Origin: Chrysomallon squamiferum
Lineage: Eukaryota; Animalia; Mollusca
Length of the DNA stretch: 64,000 nucleotides
Assembly: GCA_012295275.1 (NCBI GenBank)
Contig: CM022665.1
Span: forward strand, 39,060,001-39,124,000
Direction of reading: 5' to 3'
Position numbers and translations under genes: made by a program. This document shows, piece by piece, positions 53,054 to 64,000 of this stretch. Below the pieces are notes generated by a model. The model saw nothing but the letters and a program-made list of their open reading frames with translations, ran no database searches and was not told where the DNA came from. Each line of letters starts with the position of its first letter. The stretch's first letter is position 1.

Positions 53054-53945
53054 CCTCTTGTCTATGCACTGAGCAACCACACACGCACATGTAAGAATGT
53101 CTTTGATGTGTGTCAGCCAGTTACTAGACTCCAGTACAGACAACCACCTGTTCATCAACACCATCGCATCACTTGCTGCTACAATTATATCAGTATTTAC
53201 TGTAAACAAAAACATAATCTTAATAATAATTTTGAGAGCAAACAGGGTTATAATTTTTATATAATATTTCAGAGATGTAGTGAAATTAAAGTATAATTAT
53301 ATCAATATTTTACAATATAAAAAATAATAATAATAATTTTGAGGAAATACGGTTATCGTTTCTATATTATAATTCAGAAATGTAGTGAAATTAAACTATG
53401 ATTATATCAATATTTTACAATAATAAAAAAATAATAATCGTTATAATAATTTTGAGAGGAATCATGGTTATAGTTTTTATATTACAATGTAGTGAAATTG
53501 AAGTCAAGTTTTTCTAAAACATTTTTCAGTTCATTTCTCACACTAACAGTAATAAATTAATAATAATACCTCTACTACTACTACTACTAACATACTAATA
53601 ATACCAATATAACTATTATGACTAATATGCTAATATTATTACTAATATATTACTACTATTAATATTCTAGAGACACAAACAATAATTTGTTTTTAAAGTA
53701 AACACAGTTAAAAGATCTTTGACCATCTTGTTAAGTGAGTTGTGCAAATCCATTTTTTTTTTGATAAATTCTTTTCCACAATATTAAAATAACTGATATT
53801 TTAAAGCATAACATCTGAAATTTAAAAAAAAAAAAAATACCTGCTGCCATTTTGATAAGTGAGTCAAGGAAAGCTGGTTTTCTTTCTGTTGGTTTACAAC
53901 TTCTTTTCCACTTTGGGTAATGAGCTTCGGGTTTCTCTCCTCCCC
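53054..53945 (-). pseudogene. MTMR9: Isolated two-exon fragment of a myotubularin-related protein 9-like gene
   Basis: Exons 53945-53841 (TTTTGCAG| ... CAG|GTATTT) and 53178-53054 (TGTAG| ... AGG|GTGAGT) join in frame to GGGEKPEAHYPKWKRSCKPTERKPAFLDSLIKMAAAASDAMVLMNRWLSVLESSNWLTHIKDILTCACVVAQCIDK. This is collinear with MTMR9 as recalled (GGGFEQEAHYPQW...MDRWLSKLEASNWLTHIKEILTTACLAAQCID). No other MTMR exons were found, so pseudogene status is inferred. Confidence 0.7.
53200..53500. repeat. Degenerate tandem repeat, about 110-bp unit, about 2.5 copies
   Basis: ATAATAATTTTGAG and ATGTAGTGAAATT each recur three times. Confidence 0.7.
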
Positions 53946-54185
53946 CTGCAAAAAACAAACAAACAAACAAACAAACACAGTAAAATATACAAAATAAAAA
54001 TACAGCAAAATACACAAAACAAAAATACAGTAAAATAAATAAACTAAAAATACAGTAAAATGTATAAAATAAAAATACAGTAAAGTATACAGTTTTAAAA
54101 GGATAAATGTATTTAATGATACCGCTTAAAGTAACTTTAAAATTTCATTGTTATATATATATATATATATTTTTTTATTCTTCTT

Positions 54186-54881
54186 CAAAAACAAGCACCT
54201 GGTATGTGTGTAAATCCACAAAGCAATTTCAGGAACAAAACAGAAATAATATATAACAGTGTTTTGTTCATGTTCCTTTCTTTACCTAGAAATATGTTGT
54301 ATTTTAGCGGTCAAGTCGCATCATAAATAATAAATTATTAGCAAAATACCAGTGTAACTTGCTTAAAATATTAAGTGTTAAAAACAGTTCCTACAGAATG
54401 CGGTGCATAAGTTAAACATACCTAAAAAATGATTCTGTTGTTTTTGCATCGCTTAGCACTTTGTGGCATTGCGCAATTATCCACGTGCGATCGACGTGCT
54501 CTTTACGTCATTTTGATACAAAAATCAAATCGTGTCCGTTTTTCCACGACGTCACATTTTCTGATCGTTACAGCCAGCGTTCAAAGGACAACAAAACAGT
54601 TTGAATAAAATCCACTAAAAATCGTAAATAAAAGAGGCGCTTTCAAATAAAATCGTAACTGATTTTTAAAAGGTAAACATTTTTCACTTTATTTATCTAT
54701 CTATCTATCTATTTATCTATAATATCAGCTACATTTTTATAGATGTACACATACATACATACAGTCATTCTACATTCAAATTAAAAACTCAATCCAGGCA
54801 AACCTAAAATCATATTTTTGTTTATAAATTTCTTATTATGAAGAATTTTCTCTTTTTGTCATGTTAATATTTCATTTTTTT

Positions 54882-54960
<79 letters not shown>

Positions 54961-55695
54961 TTTGTTCAAAAACAAGCACGTGGTATGTGTGTAAATCCAC
55001 AAAGCAATTTCAGGAACGAAACAGAAATAATATATAACAGTGTTTACATGTTCCTTTAATGTTCCTTTCTTTACCTAGAAATATGTTGTATTTTAGCGGT
55101 CAAGTCGCATCATAAATAATAAATTATTAGCAAAATACCAGTGTAACTTGCTTAAAATATTAAGTGTTAAAAACAGTTCCTACAGAATGCGGTGCATAAG
55201 TTAAACATACCTAAAAAATGATTCTGTTGTATTGCAGCGCTTAGCACTTTGTGGCATTGCGCATTTTTCCACGTGCAATCGACGTGCTCTTTACGTCATT
55301 TTGATAGAAAAATCAAATCGCGTCCGTTTTTCCCATGACGTCACATTTTCTGACCGTTACCAACTGCGTTCAAGAAACAACAAAACAGTTTAAATAAAAT
55401 CCACTAAAAATCGTAAATAAAAGGGGCACTTCCAAATAAAATCGTAACTGATTTTTAAAAGGTAAAGATTTTTCACTTTATTTATCTATCTATCTCTCTA
55501 TTTATCTATAATATCAGCTAAATTTGTATAGATGTACACATACATTCAGTCATTCTACATTCAAATTAAAAACTCAATCCAGGCAAACCTAAAATCATAT
55601 TTTTGTTAATAAATTTCTTATTATGAAGAATTTTCTCTTTTTGTCATGTTAATATTTTTTTTTTTTTTTTTTTTTAAATGTTTTAATTTTTTTTT

Positions 55696-55736
<41 letters not shown>

Positions 55737-56460
55737 TCAAAAACAAGCACCTGGTATGTGTGTAAATCCACAAAGCAATTTCAGGAACGAAACAGAAATA
55801 ATATATAACAGTGTTTACATGTTCCTTTCTTTACCTAGAAATATGTTGTATTTTAGCGGTTAAGTCGCATCATAAATAATAAATTATTAGCAAAATACCA
55901 GTGTAACTTGCTTAAAATATTATGTGTTATAAACAGTTCCTACAGAATGCGGTGCATAAGTTAATCATACCTAAAAAATGATTCTGTTGTTTTGCATCGC
56001 TTAGCAATTTGTGGCATTGCGCATTTTTTCCACGTGCAATCGACGTGCTCTTTACGTCATTTTGATACAAAAATCAAATCGCGTCCGTTTTTCCATGACG
56101 TCACGTTTTCTGACCGTTACAGCCAGCGTTCAAAGGACAACAAAACAGTTTGAATAAAATCCACTAAAAATCGTAAATAAAAGGGGCGCTTTCAAATAAA
56201 ATCGTAACTGATTTTTAAAAGGTAAACATTTTTCACTTTATTTATCTATCTATCTATCTATTTATCTATAATATCAGCTAAATTTTTATAGATGTACACA
56301 TACATACATACAGTCATTCTACATTCAAATTAAAAACTCAATCCAGGCAAACCTAAAATTACATTTTTGTTTATAAATTTCTTATTATGAAGATTTTTCT
56401 CTTTTTGTCATGTTAATATTTCATTTTTTTATTTTTTTTTTAAATTTTTTTTTTTTTTTT

Positions 56461-56510
<50 letters not shown>

Positions 56511-57241
56511 CAAAAACAAGCACCTGGTATGTGTGTAAATCCACAAAGCAATTTCAGGAACGAAACAGAAATAATATATAACAGTGTTTACATGTTCCTT
56601 TCTTTACCTAGAAATATGTTGTATTTTAGCGGTCAAGTCGCATCATAAATAATAAATTATTAGCAAAATACCAGTGTAACTTTCTTAAAATATTAGGTGT
56701 TAAAAACAGTTCCTACAGAATGCGGTGCATAAGTTAATCATACCTAAAAAATGATTCTGTTGTTTTGCATCGCTTAGCAATTTGTGGCATTGCGCATTTT
56801 TTCCACGTGCAATCGACGTGCTCTTTACGTCATTTTGATACAAAAATCAAATCGCGTCCGTTTTTCCATGACGTCACATTTTCTGACCGTTACCAGCTGC
56901 GTTCAAGAAACAACAAAACAGTTTAAATAAAATCCACTAAAAATCGTAAATAAAAGGGGCGCTTTCAAATAAAATCGTAACTGATTTTTAAAAGGTAAAC
57001 ATTTTTCACTTTATTTATCTATCTATCTATCTATTTATCTATAATATCAGCTAAATTTTTATAGATGTACACATACATACAGTCATTCTACATTCAAATT
57101 AAAAACTCAATCCAGGCAAACCTAAAATTACATTTTTGTTTATAAATTTCTTATTATGAAGATTTTTCTCTTTTTGTCATGTTAATATTTCATTTTTTTA
57201 TTTTTTTTTTTTTTTTTAATGTTTTAATTTTTTTTTATTAA

Positions 57242-57282
<41 letters not shown>

Positions 57283-57952
57283 CAAAAACAAGCACCTGGT
57301 ATGTGTGTAAATCCACAAAGCAATTTCAGGAACGAAACAGAAATAATATATAACAGTGTTTACATGTTCCTTTCTTTACCTAGAAATATGTTGTATTTTA
57401 GCGGTCAAGTCGCATCATAAATAATAAATTATTAGCAAAATACCAGTGTAACTTGCTTAAAATATTAGGTGTTAAAAACAGTTCCTACAGAATGCGGTGC
57501 ATACCTAAAAAATGATTCTGTTGTATTGCAGCGCTTAGCACTTTGTGGCATTGCGCATTTTTGCACGTGCAATCGACGTGCTCTTTACGTCATTTTGATA
57601 GAAAAATCAAATCGCGTCCGTTTTTCCATGACGTCACATTTTCTGACCGTTACCAGCTGCGTTCAAGAAACAACAAAACAGTTTAAATAAAATCCACTAA
57701 AAATCGTAAATAAAACGGGCGCTTCCCAATAAAATCGTAACTGATTTTTAAAAGGTAAACATTTTTCACTTTATTTATCTATCTATCTATCTATTTATCT
57801 ATAATATCAGCTAAATTTTTATAGATGTACACATACATACAGTCATTCTACATTCAAATTAAAAACTCAGTCCAGGTAAACCTAAAATCATATTTTTGTT
57901 TATAAATTTCTTATTATGAAGATTTTTCTCTTTTTGTCATATTAATATTTAA

Positions 57953-57983
<31 letters not shown>

Positions 57984-58015
57984 GTTTTAATCTTTTTTTT
58001 AAATTTTTTTTTTTT

Positions 58016-58070
<55 letters not shown>
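54186..58070. repeat. Five tandem copies of a ~775-bp unit, each ending in a long poly(T) tract
   Basis: Units begin CAAAAACAAGCAC at 54186, 54967, 55738, 56511 and 57283. They are near-identical with scattered SNPs and indels. Confidence 0.97.
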
Positions 58071-58073
<3 letters not shown>

Positions 58074-58554
58074 TTTTTATTGTTTTTATTCCCCATCTAA
58101 GCCCCCAACTCACTGGAAATGGTGACTGCAATTTTTTTTGTAAAATAGGGCCTCGTGATTTCTTCCAAATCTCTTATTAATATCTCATCAAACATAACTA
58201 CGTAACACATATATTTTGTTATCTATAAAACTTCTGTTCACTATATTTAAAAATGTTCAGCAGCTAAAATAAAAGAGCTGTTCTGATTTCTATTAAGAAA
58301 GGCATGTTTTATAGTTTTAGTACGATCTGGCGATACTTGTTAACAAATAACAAGAAACATATAAAAACGCTTGCTATGGACATCACTTATTGATTGATTC
58401 TAAATAGTATAATTTTCCAGTCTTTAAAATCTAGTGGATTATGAATATAAAAACTGCAACAGTCTCTAATTGCGAAATACGCTAATGACATTTCTAACAA
58501 CTGAGACATTTTGTTGGAGCCCGTGCGTAAATTCATTCCTATAATGCTTTAGAC

Positions 58555-58620
58555 CAGGGGTGTCAAACTCGAGTCTTACTTAGGGCCGCATAAAAACAAT
58601 TTGAGTATCTTTGGGGCCAT
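58555..58620. mobile_element. Terminus of a hAT/Charlie-type element
   Basis: CAGGGGTGTCAAACTC...GGGCCGCA preceded by CTTTAGAC, resembling a Charlie NTNTAGAN target site. The other end was not identified. Confidence 0.55.
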
Positions 58621-59229
58621 ACTAACAGAACTCAGAAACAAAAAGTATATTATAATCAATTTATAAATTATTGCATCTGCACTGTGCTTAAGCTATAATA
58701 TAGATATGCATACAAATGTTTTAGCAATTTAGCAGCATTCGTGAATACAAAGTAATCAAATAGTTGGTTGTAGATTAAAACACTCACCCATTCCTTTATT
58801 TAACCACGGCTCAGTACTTGTTTTGGTCATAATTTGTTATTTCCCGTTCCAACGATTTTTAAAATTATTTGTTTATCAAAGACTGTGGTAAGTCTTAGCC
58901 TGTGTGAGGAAAATGTATTTTTACATCTCAGCTTTTGTGCTTTTTTTTTTTTTCCTCTACTAGTCTCATCTTAAACCATTATTCCTCGGAGTATCAATGA
59001 AGATTGTTATTTTTAGATAGAATATTTACTGCATAGTTCGGCCACACACACACCAGTAACTGTATAGAGTGATGGGTGTCTGATATCTCGTCTTTTGTAT
59101 TGATTTAAAAATGGCCGGGGAATCCAAAGGGTTAATGATTGTTACTTCTGACGGAAAAAAATATTAAAGGTTTTTCTTGACACACTAACAGAGTAGAGGA
59201 ATTAGCAGATATTTGATAATGATAACTGT

Positions 59230-59470
59230 CGATTGAAAATACTCTAGTATAGTAGTATAGTTAAGAACAAAAATGTAAACATTTATTTACTAGTGTATAT
59301 TGAAAATACTTCTAGTATAGTAATTTAGTTAAGAAAAACTTTCAAAACAGATTTATTTATTACTGTTTATTGAAAATTTACTTCCACTATAGTAATATTC
59401 GTAAGTAAAATATTCAGTTTTATTCATAGTGTAGATTGAAAATACTTGTAATATTCTTAAGTAAAACGTT
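59230..59470. repeat. Degenerate tandem repeat, about 68-bp unit, about 4 copies
   Basis: ATTGAAAAT(ACT)...TATAGTA...TAAG recurs at about 59232, 59299, 59369 and 59435. Confidence 0.65.
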
Positions 59471-60253
59471 TTAAACACTTTTACAAAGAGCACATTAATA
59501 CTGACATACATGCATATATATTATATATTTCTTTTAATTTTGATTTTTCGAATGTAATTGCTTAATTTGCTATATCAATATATACACACTTGCTTATTTA
59601 TTATTTTCTAAAATAAATGCTGGTATTTTTAGTAATGCACATGTGTGTGTGTGTGTGTGTGTGCGCGCGCGCGTTTGCGAGTGCGCGCGTGTTTGTGCGT
59701 TCATATATGTTGTCTAACATAAAATGTACGTGAATAAATCATAATGTTAAACAGTCAGTTTAATGTTCGTACATATAAGAACTGAATAGTGTCGAATATA
59801 ATCTCTAAATTTAGCACTGTTTGTTGCAAGATTCACTGGCAATATGAAACCTTAACAGTTGTATTCAGTTTTTAGTAATAATGAGAAATTTGTTATTGTA
59901 ATATCTAGTCAAGTTTGTTTATTTATTTATTCATTTATTTGTTTGTTTGTTTACTTACTCACTTACTTACGTACGTACTTACTTACTTACATCATTGTAA
60001 AATATTTTTTAATGTACTGAGATGGGCTAATTTTTCAGAATTTATCCTTAAATGATTCATAACTCATATAAGAAGAGAGAGCTTTAAAAATATTTTTGTA
60101 AATGTCAAAACAAAATGGATGTCACTAAATTTTTAAATATATATATTTAAATACTATGGATACTTTATATTTGATTAACAGTTAATAACATATAAATATA
60201 TTTATTTATTTTGTAATTTAAAAAAAAAAAATTCCTGTTATCAATGTTGGTGA

Positions 60254-60288
<35 letters not shown>

Positions 60289-60523
60289 TATTATTATCAT
60301 CATCACGACCATCATCATCATCATCTCATTGTTGTTGTTGTTATTTTCTAAAGACCTGTAAATGTAAATATGTTTAATATTCTATGTTAATGTAAATGAC
60401 CAAACTAATGTAATGTTTTGCCTTTCTAATTATAAATCTGATATATTTTACATTCTTTGAAATTGCATGATGTAAAACAAAAACTCTTCTGCTGATAGGA
60501 GAAGGAGTGCCTCTCCAGTGGAC

Positions 60524-62452
60524 ATGGCAACGAAAAACTCGTCAAGTCGATGCCTTTACGTCTGTAAGTGTGGTAAAAAGATGTCCAACAAAATAGCTTT
60601 CCTCAACCATCAGAAAATCTGCTCGCAACGCAATGTTGAGGATGCTTCAGATGTTGATGGGCGTTCTGTGACAGGGAATAATAAAAACTGTTCCCATAGC
60701 TATCTAGCGAATACATCGGACATATCTTACAATGATTATCGTGAGAAAGCCAGGTTACCCTACCATCAGCAAAACAATTTTCGAAACAAAACGAAAAATA
60801 AGAACAGAAAACAAAATCTGCCGGTGCCAACGTCCAGCGCTAGAAGAAAGGAAATTGCGATGAAAGGGACAACCAGTCAGTGTCAGGCAGCCGAAAGCAG
60901 CAAAGAAAGTGCCACCACTGATAAACATGTTAAAGTCAGTGTAAGTAAATCCTCGGTTAATAATGACAAAAAGATTGGTAATTCACGCACACAGCGAAAG
61001 AGGCCAGCACCAAGACAGTCTGTGACAAGTGATGATTTTTATGGACCGGAAGGAAAAAAAACAAGGATTAAAGACAAAATAGTAATAGATAAAGATCCCA
61101 GGAACGAAGACGAAAGAGTGACGCCCAACAGGATATCCGTTGTAGGGACCAAAGGTTCGGGCAAACTGCAGTGTCAGGAGGCAAAGCTATTATGCGACAT
61201 GATCGATGAGGTGAATATGGTGTGCCTGGTCTGTTTACGTAAGTTCACCAGAATCTACAACCTTCGCAGTCACGCAATCCGCCACCTCGGCTTAAAGCGA
61301 TACAGGTGTAAGCTGTGTACTTTTAGCAGCTACTACAAGTGTCAGTGCAACACTCACATCCTGAGGTTTCATTCGGAAATACTTGGAAGTGAAGCATCAG
61401 CTGACAACATGATTATTGATTTGAACAAAGAGGCGTTCCCACCCAGGAGTCAGAAAAAGAATCCGTCTCCCAGAAATGTTGGGGAAAAAGACAGAAAAGA
61501 TGCGACTGTTTCCCAGAAAAGAGAGCAGCAGTGTGGAGCCCCAGGAAACTGCGAGAGAGAAATAGAAGACCCGACTGTTTCCCAGAGAAAACATCAGGAG
61601 TGCGGAGTCCCAGAAAAGAGGAAGAGAGAAGGGAAATGTTTTAATGTTCCCAGAAGAAAGCGGAAAAACAGCCAAACCGCACCTCCACCAAGCAGGAAGA
61701 AAGCAGCAGCGGTGGAGGAGAATGTTAAACTGCCACAAACAACATTTGATATTCCTACAAGAAAGTCACCACAACAGTTTGACACCAGACCTTGCAGAGA
61801 GACTGATCAGATGGCGCCTCAATACGCCAGGAAGGGCTACAACCCAAAAGCTAACAACGACAGCGACTCTGAAAGCAGCGGTACGTACAACAGTAGCTGT
61901 CCATCTGAGTCGTCACTTAGTCAACAAACGAGAGGTGATTCTGCCAGTGAGGACGAATCCGATCACTCAACCTCACGGAGAAAAAGGTACGTCGCGGACT
62001 CTGAGAGTGTCAGTGATGGGGAGTTTGTGCCTAAGTCAAAGGGCAAAGCAGCAAAGAAACGACACCTGTCCGCAGAAACCAAAGATATGGGTTATTCATG
62101 TGACAGACGCCGCCCAAAACAAAAGAATAACCCTTCCAACTATCTGGTTGCCAAGAACAGAAAGCTCTCTGGAGAGTCCACATCATCGGGGCAAAGTCAA
62201 GCGGTTACGATGAGCAATCAGGATAGGTTTGAGTGGATCAGACTAAAACCAGATAGGAAAATTTTTGCGGAATCAAATATGAATAATTCTGCTGTCAGAA
62301 GAGTATTCCGTGAAGGCGCTATGAACAAACATAGTCAGGATTCATTCACTAACGGATTCGCCCCATCAACGAGTTCTTGTTATAGTCATCCAGAGGACAA
62401 CTTTGTTGTCGTTGATTATGATGATAAACACAACGATCGTAAATCTGTGTAA
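60524..62452 (+). CDS. C2H2 zinc-finger protein with long basic/low-complexity regions, single visible coding exon
   Basis: Long ORF with gacATGg at 60524 just after candidate acceptors (TAG| 60498 or CTCTCCAG| 60518). Fingers CKCGKK...HQKIC, CLVCLRKFTRIYNLRSHAIRH and YRCKLCTFSSYYKCQCNTHILRFH; several NLS-like basic clusters. Confidence 0.82.
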   Translation: MATKNSSSRCLYVCKCGKKMSNKIAFLNHQKICSQRNVEDASDVDGRSVTGNNKNCSHSYLANTSDISYNDYREKARLPYHQQNNFRNKTKNKNRKQNLPVPTSSARRKEIAMKGTTSQCQAAESSKESATTDKHVKVSVSKSSVNNDKKIGNSRTQRKRPAPRQSVTSDDFYGPEGKKTRIKDKIVIDKDPRNEDERVTPNRISVVGTKGSGKLQCQEAKLLCDMIDEVNMVCLVCLRKFTRIYNLRSHAIRHLGLKRYRCKLCTFSSYYKCQCNTHILRFHSEILGSEASADNMIIDLNKEAFPPRSQKKNPSPRNVGEKDRKDATVSQKREQQCGAPGNCEREIEDPTVSQRKHQECGVPEKRKREGKCFNVPRRKRKNSQTAPPPSRKKAAAVEENVKLPQTTFDIPTRKSPQQFDTRPCRETDQMAPQYARKGYNPKANNDSDSESSGTYNSSCPSESSLSQQTRGDSASEDESDHSTSRRKRYVADSESVSDGEFVPKSKGKAAKKRHLSAETKDMGYSCDRRRPKQKNNPSNYLVAKNRKLSGESTSSGQSQAVTMSNQDRFEWIRLKPDRKIFAESNMNNSAVRRVFREGAMNKHSQDSFTNGFAPSTSSCYSHPEDNFVVVDYDDKHNDRKSV

Positions 62453-62643
62453 GATTTATTATATGTTTATCTTACTTTTTTAAAATTTTACTTTTTATTT
62501 TTTCTTCATTTAAAAAGAAAAGAACCAAAATGTGATTAATGTGATGTATATGAACTTATATCATTAATTACAGCCAGCCACACATTTCTAAATTTAGCAT
62601 TAATGTTGTTATTATTACTATTTTATATATATATATATATATA

Positions 62644-62694
<51 letters not shown>

Positions 62695-63139
62695 CATTAC
62701 TTTTTATTATTATTAAATTACACTATTGACTCCTCAAAGGAAGTTAAATTTATTCTATTCTGTTCCATTAAAGTGGAATATTCCGTATGTAATACTGTGT
62801 TGTAATAATTCCCGTATATGGTGTTAATTAGTAACTGAATCTGTTAAAAAATAACACAGGTGTGGGTTAATACTAATATTTGTTACATTTCACTTATGTA
62901 TGGAGTTTAATGTAGCTACATGCAACTTTTAACTGCCTTTTATACCATTATCTAGTCATAATATATACACATAATAAATATTTCACAAAATGTACAAGTT
63001 GTTGTTTTTAGAGATGTGACTCTTGACTAAGATTAGAGTTACGGCCCTTCGTTGTCATTGATTACTTTCTTTCTCGTAATGCAGCACGAGAGATAAATGG
63101 AAAACCAAAAGTGAATGGTCTGTTTTAAAACAGAAATCC

Positions 63140-63842
63140 CACGCTAACATCTGGGTCAAGACCTGTGGTTATAATGAGCATTCAGGATATGTTCGAGTTG
63201 ATCGAAACAAAACCACACTGTTTTTTGAAACAAAGACCAAAACCCGAGAGGAAATGTTTTGCGAGGTAAAAAAAAAAAAAAAGATTCTGCTGTCAGAAGA
63301 GTATTCCTAGAGGGTGCTGTGAACAAACGTTGTCAGGAATCATTCACAAGCGCAGAGTCTATCAACGAGTTCTTGTTATAACGACCCAGACGTCAACGTT
63401 GTTGTTAATTATAACGATGAATAAGTGCATAATCTATCATATGTTTATCATTTCTTTTCTTTTTTTTTAAATTTTATTTGTTTGTTTTTATTTTTCCTTC
63501 ATTTTTCAAAAAAAAAAAAAACCCACATTGTTGAAGTAATGTTTGTGCAAGATGCTCACAGTTCCAACAACAACAACAACAACAAAAATGTGATTAATGT
63601 GATATATATGAACCTACATCTTTAATTACAGCCAGCCACACATTTCTAAATTTAGCATTAATGTTGTTATTATTATTATTATTATTTTTATTAATTTTTT
63701 TAATATTTTTTTTATTATTACTTTTTATATTATTATTATTATTATTTTTATTAATTTTTTAATATTTTTTATTATTATTTTTTTATTTTTATTAATTTTT
63801 TTAATATTTTTTTATTATTACTTTTTATATTATTATTATTAA

Positions 63843-63876
<34 letters not shown>

Positions 63877-64000
63877 AAATTACAGTTTTGATTCCGTTAA
63901 CGAACGTAAATGTATTCTGTTCTGTTCCATTAAAGTGGAACATTCCATATGTGATACTGTGTTGTAATAATTCCCGTATATGCTGTTAATTAGTAACTAC
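63140..64000 (+). pseudogene. Degenerate tandem duplicate of the zinc-finger gene 3' CDS and 3' UTR
   Basis: 63150-63420 parallels 62190-62430 (ATTCTGCTGTCAGAAGAGTATTCC and ATCAACGAGTTCTTGTTATA are shared) but is interrupted by a poly(A) run. 63587-63670 and 63922-63997 parallel 62529-62612 and 62760-62836. Confidence 0.8.

Noticed and set aside
54186-58070. Array as a CRISPR locus, an snRNA/5S/tRNA cluster, or a coding repeat (ORF 57469-57690)
   Set aside because: Eukaryotic context with no repeat-spacer pattern. No RNA-gene sequence I recognise, though no Rfam scan was run. The ORF arises only from the copy-5 deletion.
61397-62213. Overlapping alternative-frame and antisense ORFs in the zinc-finger exon
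   Set aside because: Expected shadows of a GC-richer coding exon, with no motifs.

Overview
AT-rich, microsatellite-laden, intron-containing animal DNA. The gene content suggests an invertebrate, probably a mollusc, but this is inference. Most ORF-track entries are artefacts, so genes were rebuilt by hand from splice sites. In order: (1) a 5'-truncated multi-exon alpha/beta serine hydrolase gene (+, 365-9309); (2) WDR26 (+, 14 exons, 15798-28110), with an AUG-less in-frame upstream extension pointing to CUG initiation at 15720; (3) CNIH4 (-, 5 exons, U12-type first intron), convergent with WDR26 as in human; (4) an Ariadne-like RBR E3 ligase with an intronless CDS (+); (5) a class A GPCR (-); (6) an isolated two-exon MTMR9-like fragment (-); (7) five tandem ~775-bp units that each resemble a promoter plus non-coding first exon; (8) a C2H2 zinc-finger gene (+) followed by a degenerate duplicate of its own 3' end. 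piggyBac, hAT and Mutator relics and MITE-like inverted repeats are interspersed. Family assignments rest on recalled motifs, not on database searches.
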